Origin: Polyangiales bacterium
Lineage (GTDB): Bacteria > Myxococcota_A > Polyangia > Polyangiales > Ga0077539
NCBI GenBank assembly: GCA_044229975.1
Contig: JBGARZ010000010.1
Coordinates: 1 to 64,000 of the forward strand
Reading direction: 5' to 3'
Length of the DNA: 64,000 bases
Positions within the stretch are counted from its first letter, which is position 1. Each line of letters opens with the position of its first letter. Below are positions 48,662 through 57,605 of the stretch, one piece after another. A program made the position numbers and the translations under genes. The notes under the pieces were generated by a model. The model did not search any database, was not told where the DNA came from, and saw only the letters and a list, made by a program, of their open reading frames with translations.

Positions 48662-50278
48662 GTGGGTCTGCTCCGTCGGGTCGTCGCCCTCGCCGCGCTG
48701 CTGCTGGCGGGATCATCCGCCGTCGCGCAGCAGTTGCCGCCGAGCGTTCGCGCGCAGTTCGCACAGCCCGCGGCGACGGCCGCGCCCGCGGAGGAGCCCG
48801 ACGAGCGCGTCGACCCGGAGTCCCCGCGCGCGTCGTTGCAGCGCTTCGCCGACCTGACGCAACGCGGTCGCTGGGAGGAGGCAGCGCGCTTCCTCGACCT
48901 CGTGGGTCGCCCGCCGGAGGACGGCGTGAGGCTCGTGCGCGAGCTGCGCGAGGTGCTCGACCGGTACACGGGTGTTGATCCGTCGGTGATGTCCTCGGAG
49001 CCCTCGGGCGACCCCGACGACGGGTTGCCGCTGCGGGTGGACGAGCTCGGTCGCGTCCCGGGGACGACGGCGGCGGGCGAGCCGGTGCGCCTGGCGCGAC
49101 GGGATTTTCCTGACGGTGTCCGGTGGGTGTTTACGCGCGCGACGGTGCGTCGCATCGACGACTGGTACGCGCACCTCGAAGGCCGCTGGGTCCGAACGCA
49201 CCTGCCTCGCTGGTGGTTGCAGTCGGGCGCGCGCGGCGTGCAGCGGTGGCAGTGGCTGGCGCTGGGGCTGGGCTTCGCGCTGGCGATGGCGCTGGGGCAG
49301 TTGCTCGCGGGGCTGACGCTGGCGGTGAGCGGGCCGGTGCTGCGCCGGGTGGTGGGCGTTCGCGACGAGTCGCTGACGACACACGCGCGCGGGCCGCTCG
49401 CGTGGTTGTGGGCAGTGGGTCTCGTGTCGCTGTCGGTCGGGTATCTCGACCTGACCCGCGCGGGGTCGAGCTTCGTGCAGGACCTCCTGCGCGCACTGCT
49501 CTTCGCGGGGTTGTTCTGGGCGCTGTGGCGCACCATCGCGCTGCTGGCGCGGGCCTTTCAGGAGTCCGTCTGGGCGCGGGCGCACCCGGGCTCGGTGACG
49601 GTGGTTCCGCTGCTGGTGCGGGCCGCGCGGGTGGTGCTGGCGGCGGTGAGCGTGGTCGCGGTGATCTCCGCGCTGGGCTACCCCGTGGCGAGCCTGCTGG
49701 CGGGCCTCGGGTTGGGTGGTCTCGCGCTGGCGCTCGCGGCGCAGAAGACGATGGAACACCTGCTGGGCAGCGTCGCCATCGGGCTCGACCAGCCCTTCAG
49801 GGTGGGCGACGTGGTGAAGCTCGACGAGCACACCGGCACCATCGAGAGCGTGGGGTTGCGCTCGACGCGGGTGCGAACGTCCGACCGGACGCTGGTGACG
49901 ATCCCCAACGGGAAGATCGCCGAGCTGCGGGTGGAGAACTACACGCAGCGCGATCGGCTGCGGTTGTTGACGACGCTGTCGCTCGACCTGGAGACGCCGG
50001 CGGCGCGGGTGAAGGCGGTGCTCGCGGCGGTGGAGGCGGTGCTACGGGCGCACCCGAAGCTGTGGACGGCGGAGGTCTACGTGCTGCTGAAGGGCGTTCG
50101 GTCGGACGCGCTGGAGGTGGAGGTGATGGCGTGGTTCGAGACGAGCTCGCTGGAGGAATTCTGGGGGTACCGGCAGGAGGTGCTGCTGGGCTTTCTTGAG
50201 GCGCTGGAGGGGTTGGGGGTGAAGCTGGCGCGGCCGTCGCAGACGCTGCATTGGGCCGGAGTTCGCGTGCCCCCATGA
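48662..50278 (+). CDS. mscS: MscS-family mechanosensitive channel
   Basis: SPRASL, LLAGLGLGGLALALAAQKT, DQPFRVGD, ESVGLRSTRVRT, IPNG. Confidence 0.92.
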   Translation: MGLLRRVVALAALLLAGSSAVAQQLPPSVRAQFAQPAATAAPAEEPDERVDPESPRASLQRFADLTQRGRWEEAARFLDLVGRPPEDGVRLVRELREVLDRYTGVDPSVMSSEPSGDPDDGLPLRVDELGRVPGTTAAGEPVRLARRDFPDGVRWVFTRATVRRIDDWYAHLEGRWVRTHLPRWWLQSGARGVQRWQWLALGLGFALAMALGQLLAGLTLAVSGPVLRRVVGVRDESLTTHARGPLAWLWAVGLVSLSVGYLDLTRAGSSFVQDLLRALLFAGLFWALWRTIALLARAFQESVWARAHPGSVTVVPLLVRAARVVLAAVSVVAVISALGYPVASLLAGLGLGGLALALAAQKTMEHLLGSVAIGLDQPFRVGDVVKLDEHTGTIESVGLRSTRVRTSDRTLVTIPNGKIAELRVENYTQRDRLRLLTTLSLDLETPAARVKAVLAAVEAVLRAHPKLWTAEVYVLLKGVRSDALEVEVMAWFETSSLEEFWGYRQEVLLGFLEALEGLGVKLARPSQTLHWAGVRVPP

Positions 50279-50477
50279 GCCGGGGTGCAGTCGCTCACTC
50301 CGGGCTATTTCACGTGGTCACCTCGCTGCGCGAGGTTGCAACACTGGTTTCAACGAACATCCCATCGACCACTCATCGGCAATCGTGAGCCGTTGCAACC
50401 TCGCGCAGCGAGGTGACCACGTGAAATAGCCCGGAGTGAGCGACTGCACCCCGGCTCATGGGGGCACGCGAACTCCG
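50257..50477. repeat. perfect 86-bp inverted repeat with 49-bp spacer (REPIN/MITE-like)
   Basis: 50257-50342 is the exact reverse complement of 50392-50477. Confidence 0.95.
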
Positions 50478-50480
50478 CCC

Positions 50481-51650
50481 TCACCCGTGCTGCACCAGGA
50501 AGTAGATGATCAGTCCGAAGACCGAGACCATCACGGCGGTCTCCAGCTTGCTCACCATGCCGTCGTCGCTGATGGACTTCCACAGCACCAGCAGCGTCGG
50601 AAACGACAGCAGCAGCACGCTCGTGGTCTCCATGTCGATGGCCAGCACCCCGCCGTGCGGCAGCCGCGGAATCACCCCGACGTTGGCAAACGTCGCCATC
50701 ATGATGAGCGTGAGCGGCAGCACCACGAAGGGCATCTGCGTCACCGCGCCCGACACGTTGGACAGCGCCAGGTCGGTCTTCTTCTTGAAGTGCGCGCTCG
50801 CGATCATCAGGTAGCTCGCGATGCCTGAAAACAAGCTCACGATGATGGCCCCGACCATCTCCGAGTAGCCGCGGTGGCTCAGCGCGTCGACCAGCGCGTC
50901 GGCGAAATCACCCACCGCATGCCCGCCCAGAAACGAGCCCGCCATGCCGATGGTTCCGTAGAGCACGATGGGCCCGAGCGGCTGCGACGCCTCCTCCTCC
51001 TTCGCCGCGTGCGCCGGGTCGGCGTCGGCCGCGGAGAAGCGCGCCAGCAGCTCGCGCACCGACACCACCTGAACGCCCAACAGCGCGATGCCGATGGCGT
51101 ACAGGTCACCCGCCCCGAGGCCCTCGCCGCGGTGATCGCCCGCGTCGAAGACCTTCAGCGTCAGCATCAACGCGCCCAGCGCCAGAAACACCCCCGCCGC
51201 GCACGCGAGCAGGTCGGCGCCGAGCTTGGTGATGGCCGGAGGGAGCAGCGCGTGGCCGGTCTCGTTCTTGGGGAGGAGCGCGGAGTACCCGCCGAAGATG
51301 AGCGCGTTGACGTGCAGCGTGAGGCAGGTGACCACGAAGGCCACGCGCGGCGCGGCAGCGACGACGAAGCCGAGCATGATGATCTCGGGGACGTTGGACG
51401 CGAGGCCCGCCATGGTGCCGGCGACGAAGTCGTTCCAGCGTTGGCGGCGGCCGAGGGCCTCGACGCACTTGATCATCGACTCGCAGGAGCCGAAGACGAG
51501 CGCGAGGCCGCCGAGGCCCAGCAGCACCGGCGCCAGGAAGCCTGGTCCGACGTGCGCGCGATGCATCCAGGTGCCGACGCCGCAGACGGCCGTGCCGACC
51601 GCCAGCGCGTACTTCCAAAGGGGTGAGTCTCCGCCGCCTCCGCCTGACAT
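50481..51650 (-). CDS. CaCA-superfamily cation/H+ antiporter (CAX/ChaA-like)
   Basis: AGLASNVPE alpha-1 repeat, DLALSNVSGAVTQ, DDG...LE; about 10-11 TMs. Confidence 0.75.
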   Translation of the reverse strand: MSGGGGGDSPLWKYALAVGTAVCGVGTWMHRAHVGPGFLAPVLLGLGGLALVFGSCESMIKCVEALGRRQRWNDFVAGTMAGLASNVPEIIMLGFVVAAAPRVAFVVTCLTLHVNALIFGGYSALLPKNETGHALLPPAITKLGADLLACAAGVFLALGALMLTLKVFDAGDHRGEGLGAGDLYAIGIALLGVQVVSVRELLARFSAADADPAHAAKEEEASQPLGPIVLYGTIGMAGSFLGGHAVGDFADALVDALSHRGYSEMVGAIIVSLFSGIASYLMIASAHFKKKTDLALSNVSGAVTQMPFVVLPLTLIMMATFANVGVIPRLPHGGVLAIDMETTSVLLLSFPTLLVLWKSISDDGMVSKLETAVMVSVFGLIIYFLVQHG

Positions 51651-51775
51651 GATCGCTCGGGAATAACACCACCCGCCTCCGAGTCGCCACGCCGACGTTG
51701 CTTGCTGTCGCGGTCGCTTCGGGTTTAGAAGCCACACCGGGTCTTCGCTGGAGAGGTCTTTTGCGATCGCGTGAC

Positions 51776-54151
51776 GTGTCGACTCCCCGCGCCGTGTTGC
51801 ATCGTGCGCTCGCCTTCGCGCTCTTCGCGCTGAGCCTCCTCGCGCTCGGCTGCAACAGCCCCGGCGAGCAGTACGACCTCCGCGGCGACGTGCGCCTCAC
51901 GCTGCTGCACACGGCCGACTGGCACTCGCGGCTCTTCCCCTACTTCCAGCAGGTCAACCAGACCGACCTCAACCTCGGCCTCGACCCCGCCAAGGCCCCC
52001 TTCGGCGGCGCCGCCCGGATGAACTACCTCATCCAGCGCGAGCGCCGACACGCCGACCGCGTGCTCCACCTCGACTCGGGCGACTGCTTCCAGGGCGCGC
52101 CGATCTTCAACTACTTCAACGGCGAGGCCGAGGTGCGAGCGCTCGCCCACACCGGCGTCGACGCGGTCGTCATCGGCAACCACGAGTTCGACCGCGGCGC
52201 GCTCAACTTCGCCCGCCAGTTCACCCGCTGGGGAACCTTCGAGACCCTCGCCGCCAACTACCTCTTCGACGACCCGTCGACTCCGGGATCATCCGAGCTC
52301 GGTCGGCTCGCGCACCCCTACGCGTTCTTCAACCTCCGCGGGCTCAAGGTCGGCGTCATCGGGATGGGCAACCTCTCGTCCATCACCTCGGTCTTCGACC
52401 AGCCCAACCGCCTCGGCATCGTCCCCCTCAACACCGTCGAGACGGCCCAGCACTACATCGACCTCGTCCGCTCGCAGGGCGCCGACGTCATCGTGATGGT
52501 CAGCCACATCGGCCTCGAAGACGACATCCACACGCTGGAGTTCACCACCGGCGTCGACGTCGTCCTCGGCGGCCACCTCCACATCGTGCTCAACCCCACG
52601 CAGGAGGTCACCGACTGCCGTCCCTTCGACGCGCAGGGCAACCACTTCGTCCCCGCCCTCAGCGACGTGGTGCAGCGCACCAACACCACCGCCACCTGCG
52701 GCGCCGATGAGTGCTGTGCCCCCGGCGGCGCCTGCCCCCCCGCCGGGACGCGCAACTACTGGACCCTCGCCCGCGGCTACCGCGCTCGCGCCTGTCGCCC
52801 GCGTCGCGCGATCCTCCAGCACTCCGGCGCGTTCATGAAGTACCTCGGGCGCCTCGACTCGGTGCTCTCCAACGACCCCGCGCGCATCTACCCGGGCCAC
52901 CCCCAGGACTACGACGCCCGCGACCGCTGGGAGGTCGTCTCGCACCGCTTCACGCTCTTCCCGGTCGACAGCACCGTGCCCGAAGAGCCCACGATGAAAA
53001 ACCTCCTGGAGCCCTACGCCCGCGCGCTCGACTCCCTCGCCAACCTCGACAACATCGTCGGCTACGCCCCCGCGGACATCACCCGCACGCCCGACAACGG
53101 CGGCGACTCCGCGCTCGGCAACCTCGTCTCCACCAGCATGTGGCTCCGCCTCGGCGTGCAGTCCGACTTCTCGCTCACCAACACCCTGGGCATCCGCGAC
53201 AACATCCCCACCGGGCCGGTCACCCTCGACCAGCTCTTCAACGTCTTCCCCTTCGACAACTCCATCACGACCATGAACCTCTCGGGTCGCGAGGTGCAGG
53301 AAGTCTTCGACTTCGTCGCGCGCCGCTCCGCCGGCCGCGGCTGCAACTCGCAGGCGCAGATCGCCGGGGCCCGCGTGGTCATCGTGTGCGGCGCCTGCAA
53401 CGGCCGCCTCGACGGCCAGGGCGCGCCCCTCGTCAACTGCGCCGAGACCATCAACATCGGCCTCACCGACCGCGCCTGCAACAACGACGACGAGTGCAAC
53501 ACCCCGCGCGGCTTCGAGGCGACCCCGCCCGCCGAGCGATCGCTCTGCGAGCCCAACGCCCACCGCTGCATGTCCCCGCTCTCGCTCAACGCGTCGTACG
53601 CGGCCGCGGTCAACAACTACATCGCGGGCGGCGGTTCGGGCTTCTTCGTGCTCCAGCGCAACACCACGCAGGTCGACACCCGCGTCGAGCAGCGCGACGC
53701 CGTCGTCGACCTCGTGCGCAACGCCCGCCCCTGCGGCTACGACGTCAACGTCACCATCGACCGCAACCGCCGCGCCGGCGTGACCGACCGCGCGTTGCAG
53801 TCCATCCCCGCGCACCCCGACGACGGCCTCGCCGACTGCCGCTCCGACTCCGACTGCGGCGGCGCGCAGATCTGCGCCTGCGAGGGTCGCCAGACCTACG
53901 ACGCCGAGACGCTCACCTGCGGCGCCGTCTCGACCTGCGCCGCGGGCGCTGGTCGCTGCGTGCTGCGCCAGTGCCGCGACGACATCGAGGCCCTCGTGCG
54001 CCGCACCTGCCCGTCGCTCCCGGCCGCTGCGGCCCGCGCCTGCATCTGCACGGCGTCCACCCGCGCGGCGCTCTCGTGCCGCATCCTCTCGTGCATCAAC
54101 GACGACACCGGCGCCCGCGTCGACGGCCGCTTGAGGATGGTGAGCCGATGA
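51776..54151 (+). CDS. bifunctional metallophosphatase/5'-nucleotidase lipoprotein with Cys-rich insertions
   Basis: LALGC lipobox; LHTADWHS, DSGDCFQG, GNHEFD, SHIG, GGHLH, DSALGN, GIR, PFDN, NNYIAGGGSG. Confidence 0.9.
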   Translation: MSTPRAVLHRALAFALFALSLLALGCNSPGEQYDLRGDVRLTLLHTADWHSRLFPYFQQVNQTDLNLGLDPAKAPFGGAARMNYLIQRERRHADRVLHLDSGDCFQGAPIFNYFNGEAEVRALAHTGVDAVVIGNHEFDRGALNFARQFTRWGTFETLAANYLFDDPSTPGSSELGRLAHPYAFFNLRGLKVGVIGMGNLSSITSVFDQPNRLGIVPLNTVETAQHYIDLVRSQGADVIVMVSHIGLEDDIHTLEFTTGVDVVLGGHLHIVLNPTQEVTDCRPFDAQGNHFVPALSDVVQRTNTTATCGADECCAPGGACPPAGTRNYWTLARGYRARACRPRRAILQHSGAFMKYLGRLDSVLSNDPARIYPGHPQDYDARDRWEVVSHRFTLFPVDSTVPEEPTMKNLLEPYARALDSLANLDNIVGYAPADITRTPDNGGDSALGNLVSTSMWLRLGVQSDFSLTNTLGIRDNIPTGPVTLDQLFNVFPFDNSITTMNLSGREVQEVFDFVARRSAGRGCNSQAQIAGARVVIVCGACNGRLDGQGAPLVNCAETINIGLTDRACNNDDECNTPRGFEATPPAERSLCEPNAHRCMSPLSLNASYAAAVNNYIAGGGSGFFVLQRNTTQVDTRVEQRDAVVDLVRNARPCGYDVNVTIDRNRRAGVTDRALQSIPAHPDDGLADCRSDSDCGGAQICACEGRQTYDAETLTCGAVSTCAAGAGRCVLRQCRDDIEALVRRTCPSLPAAAARACICTASTRAALSCRILSCINDDTGARVDGRLRMVSR

Positions 54152-55740
54152 GAAGGCCCACACAGACCTGCTGCGCCCCCGGATCTAGCGGTCGGGCGCG
54201 CTCGAAATACCCCGCGTATGTCTCGCGCGCCCTCCCTCGTCTCCGGGTGCTCGCGACGGTCTGTGCGGGCCTTCTGACATCCAGTGTCCTGGCAAGCTGC
54301 GGCGGCACCATCGACGACCTTGCCCAGGACGACCGCGCCGGCAACGTCGCCGCCGTCCGCATCAGCACCACCGGCAACCGCGGGACGCCCGACGCTCCGC
54401 TGCCGTTCTCCAGCGACGGCGTGGCGTTGCAGGCGCAGATCGAGGTGCGCGCCCGCGACAACCGCCGCGTCACCACCTTCAACGGCTGGGTCGCGCTCTC
54501 CATGGCGCCTGGACAGTTCCGCTCGGTGACGGGCCCCGAAGGCACCGTGCTCGGCAACATGGTGCGCCTCACCGCGGGCGCGGCCGAGGGGCTCACCATC
54601 ACCGTCGCGCGCGGCTACGGCGAGTCGCGCATCTGGGCCGAGGAGCAGGGCTACTCGCCCGTCGACCCGCGCCGCAACCCGCCGCCCGCGTGCGCCAACG
54701 GCCGCGACGACGACGGCGACGGCTTCGTCGACTTCCCGGCCGACCTCGGCTGCGCCGCCGCCAACGACGACACCGAGCGCGCCGGCTCGTACGCGGTCGG
54801 CACCAGCGAGCCGATGTTCTTCGAGCTGCCCAACATCGTCGACGTGCAGGGGCGCAGCGCCCTCACGCCGCTGCTCGGCGAGCGCGTCACCATGCGCGGC
54901 CGCGTCACCCCCGACGCCCCCGCGGCCACCGACCGGCGCCACCGCATGGTCGTCACGCAGACCGACAACTCGGGCTTCTTCATCACCGACATCGACGACC
55001 GGTCGTGCGACGGCGCGCCCTGTTACAACAGCCTGTATTCGTTCAACTTCCGATCGCCCGACGGGATGCGCCCGTGCGACCTCATCGACACCCTCACCGG
55101 GTCCGTCGCGGAGTTCGTCAGCACCACGCAGCTCGCGCAGCCCGGCTACCAGATCGGCCTCGCGTGGCGCCCCAACGACATGGCCGCGGGGCAGTGCCTC
55201 ATCCCCGACCCGGTGGAGATCACCCCGACCACGCTCGCGATGGACGTGCTCATGGAGCGCCACGAGTCGTCGCTCACCCGCGTGCGCGACGTGCAGCTCC
55301 CGACGCTCATCGGCCCCGCGCTCGCGCCCAACGGCATCCCGTCGCCCGGCGCCACCAACTGCGACCTCAACGGCGACGGCCGCATCGACTTCGACGGGGG
55401 CGCGGAAAACCAGTGCTACGACGCCTGCGCCGCGGACATCACCTGCTCCGAGTGGAGCAACTGGAACCGCTACGGCCAGATCGTCGTCACGCTCCCCGCG
55501 TCGGGCATGGGCGCTCGGGCTCGCATGGCCATCGCGCCGCGCATCGTGAACCCCGGCTTCGACCCGCAGCGACTGCGCGGCCCCGTCGCGACGGTCACCG
55601 GCACGCTCCGCCAGGTGGGGCCCAACTGGATCATCCAGCCGCGCTGCGGCTCGGACTTCGTGGTGCAGGGCGACGGACAGACGCTCTGTGAGCACCCACG
55701 CGACTGCTGCCTCCACGAACGATCGATCGCCGAAGAGTAG
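54148..55740 (+). CDS. Cys-rich lipoprotein with OB-fold-like segments
   Basis: ATGA overlap; LASC lipobox; CANGRDDDGDGFVDFPADLGC repeat; DVQG..TPLLGERVT; DLNGDGRID. Confidence 0.75.
   Translation: MRRPTQTCCAPGSSGRARSKYPAYVSRALPRLRVLATVCAGLLTSSVLASCGGTIDDLAQDDRAGNVAAVRISTTGNRGTPDAPLPFSSDGVALQAQIEVRARDNRRVTTFNGWVALSMAPGQFRSVTGPEGTVLGNMVRLTAGAAEGLTITVARGYGESRIWAEEQGYSPVDPRRNPPPACANGRDDDGDGFVDFPADLGCAAANDDTERAGSYAVGTSEPMFFELPNIVDVQGRSALTPLLGERVTMRGRVTPDAPAATDRRHRMVVTQTDNSGFFITDIDDRSCDGAPCYNSLYSFNFRSPDGMRPCDLIDTLTGSVAEFVSTTQLAQPGYQIGLAWRPNDMAAGQCLIPDPVEITPTTLAMDVLMERHESSLTRVRDVQLPTLIGPALAPNGIPSPGATNCDLNGDGRIDFDGGAENQCYDACAADITCSEWSNWNRYGQIVVTLPASGMGARARMAIAPRIVNPGFDPQRLRGPVATVTGTLRQVGPNWIIQPRCGSDFVVQGDGQTLCEHPRDCCLHERSIAEE
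54149..54277. mobile_element. MITE-like element, copy 1 (GAAGG...CCTTC, flanked by TGA)
   Basis: terminal inverted repeats GAAGGCCCACACAGACC/GGTCTGTGCGGGCCTTC; homologous copy at 60404-60533. Confidence 0.75.
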
Positions 55741-55769
55741 ACGTGACGACAGAGGGTGAAAGGGTACCG

Positions 55770-57551
55770 ATGAACCGCCGTTCGATCGCGAGGCGCAGCG
55801 CGCTGGCCGCCGTGTTGTTGGCAACCCCCGCCGCGTGGGCCCAGCAGCAACAACCGCAGCCGCCCAACCCCCTCACGCCTCCGCCGCCCGCGCCGCAACC
55901 GCTGCTCGCGCCGTCGCCCACGCCGCCGCCGCCGTCGTCCCCACCGGCGATGACCCAGCCCGACCCGCCGCCGCCGCCGCCCGTGCGACCGCAAGGTCTC
56001 GCGCCCGCCGAGCGCCTCGCCATGCCCGGCACCGCCGCGGGCGACCAGGGCCGCGCCGCCCCGCGCACCAGCCACGACTTCATCGACACCCGCATCACCT
56101 GGACCTTCGGCGACGACGACCTCCTCGCCGACACCGGCCAGCGCGTGCCCGTCTCGCCGCTGCCCCGCATCGGCGACCGCTCGCAGTACCAGCTCTTCTT
56201 CGACGCCCTCAACAGCCGCTTCGCCGGCCGCGAGAACCTCACCCACCTCGCGATGTACGCCCGCGCGCCGGGCTTCATCCCGCGGCTCAACACCGAGGCC
56301 GCGCTGGTGTTGCGCGTCGACCTCAGCCAGCTCTCCAGCGGGTCGGGCAACCTCAACCAGGCCTTCTACGACGCGGGCACCTACCTCCGCGTGTCGTACG
56401 CGCTCGGTGAGGGCGCGAACAACCGCGACAACTTCTCGATCACGTTCTTCCCCTTCGACACCGACCGCTTCCGCCTCGGGTACCTCTGGGACCTCTCGTG
56501 GGGCGGCAACTCCGTCTTCCCGCGCCGCGTCGGCCCCGCGCCCGGTGTGAAGCTCTCCATCGACGTCGGCGCCCTCTCGCTCTGGGCCGGCTTCAAGACC
56601 GCCGGCATCGTGGTGCCGTTGGAGGTCGTCACCTCGTCGCGCGACATCGAGATCGTGCGCGTCGAGGAGACCCAGTACGCGCTCCTCGCGGGCCTCGGCA
56701 TCCGCGGCGGCGACAGCTTCCGCTTCGACCTGTCGGGCGGCTGGTTTCAGCAGGGCCGCTTCGACTTCGCGGGCGTCCGCGGACAGCAGGTCTACATCTT
56801 CGGCGCCTCGGCGCGCGCCGTGTACTCGGCGGGTCTGCGCACCACGCAGTCGCTCGACATGATGCTCTACCGCAACGACCCGACGGCCCCGTTCGTCGCG
56901 TTTGCGCCCGAGACCTTCACGCCCGGAACCATCCAGGGTGCCATCTCCGCCGAGCTCACCGCGACGGCGCAAAACCTCGCGGACATCAACTTCCCCGGGC
57001 GCACCGCCATCCAGCCGGGCTTCGCGGGCGCGCTCCAGGGCCGCATCAAGGCCGGGTACTTCGGGGCGAGCGTGACGGGTCTCTTCCGTGACGTGCCCTT
57101 CCTGCTGCGCGACGTGCCGAGCTTCATTCCGTTCCAGACGCTGCCGAGCGACGCGACGGTGCAGCCCGAGCTCTTCTTCGCCGCGCAGATCGACTACACC
57201 CTCGCGCGCCTCCACATGACCCCGAGCCTCATCGTGGGCGTGCAGCTCCCGGCGACGTTCAGCTCCACGGTGCGCGAGGGCTCGCTGCTCTCGTCGCGCA
57301 CGCTGGTCATCCGCCGCGCGGGCAACTTCTCCATCCTGCCGCCGGGCGAAGACCGCGTGCCCATCGTCTCCGCGCGCGCCTCCTTCCGCTGGGACCTCTC
57401 CACCATCATGGCCGGCATCTTCTGGGTGCAGTACGTGCTCGATCAAAACAGCACGCTCCTCCAGGTCGACGCCTCAGGAACGCGACAGGTCCGCGTGTTC
57501 CAGTCGCCCAACCAGCTCGGGTTCGGCATCACGGCGCAGGCGCGCTTCTAG
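55770..57551 (+). CDS. putative outer-membrane beta-barrel protein with Pro-rich N-terminus
   Basis: signal peptide AWA-Q, poly-Pro linker, amphipathic strands, C-terminal GFGITAQARF. Confidence 0.75.
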   Translation: MNRRSIARRSALAAVLLATPAAWAQQQQPQPPNPLTPPPPAPQPLLAPSPTPPPPSSPPAMTQPDPPPPPPVRPQGLAPAERLAMPGTAAGDQGRAAPRTSHDFIDTRITWTFGDDDLLADTGQRVPVSPLPRIGDRSQYQLFFDALNSRFAGRENLTHLAMYARAPGFIPRLNTEAALVLRVDLSQLSSGSGNLNQAFYDAGTYLRVSYALGEGANNRDNFSITFFPFDTDRFRLGYLWDLSWGGNSVFPRRVGPAPGVKLSIDVGALSLWAGFKTAGIVVPLEVVTSSRDIEIVRVEETQYALLAGLGIRGGDSFRFDLSGGWFQQGRFDFAGVRGQQVYIFGASARAVYSAGLRTTQSLDMMLYRNDPTAPFVAFAPETFTPGTIQGAISAELTATAQNLADINFPGRTAIQPGFAGALQGRIKAGYFGASVTGLFRDVPFLLRDVPSFIPFQTLPSDATVQPELFFAAQIDYTLARLHMTPSLIVGVQLPATFSSTVREGSLLSSRTLVIRRAGNFSILPPGEDRVPIVSARASFRWDLSTIMAGIFWVQYVLDQNSTLLQVDASGTRQVRVFQSPNQLGFGITAQARF

Positions 57552-57605
57552 CGGCCGGCGCCATTGGCGCGCGCGGGGCGCAGTTGGTAGGGTTCGCGAC
57601 GCGCG

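Noticed and set aside
52711..54147. N-terminal ~480 aa of the 1009-aa ORF
   Set aside because: Alternate frame overlapping the nucleotidase; the real gene most plausibly begins at the ATGA at 54148
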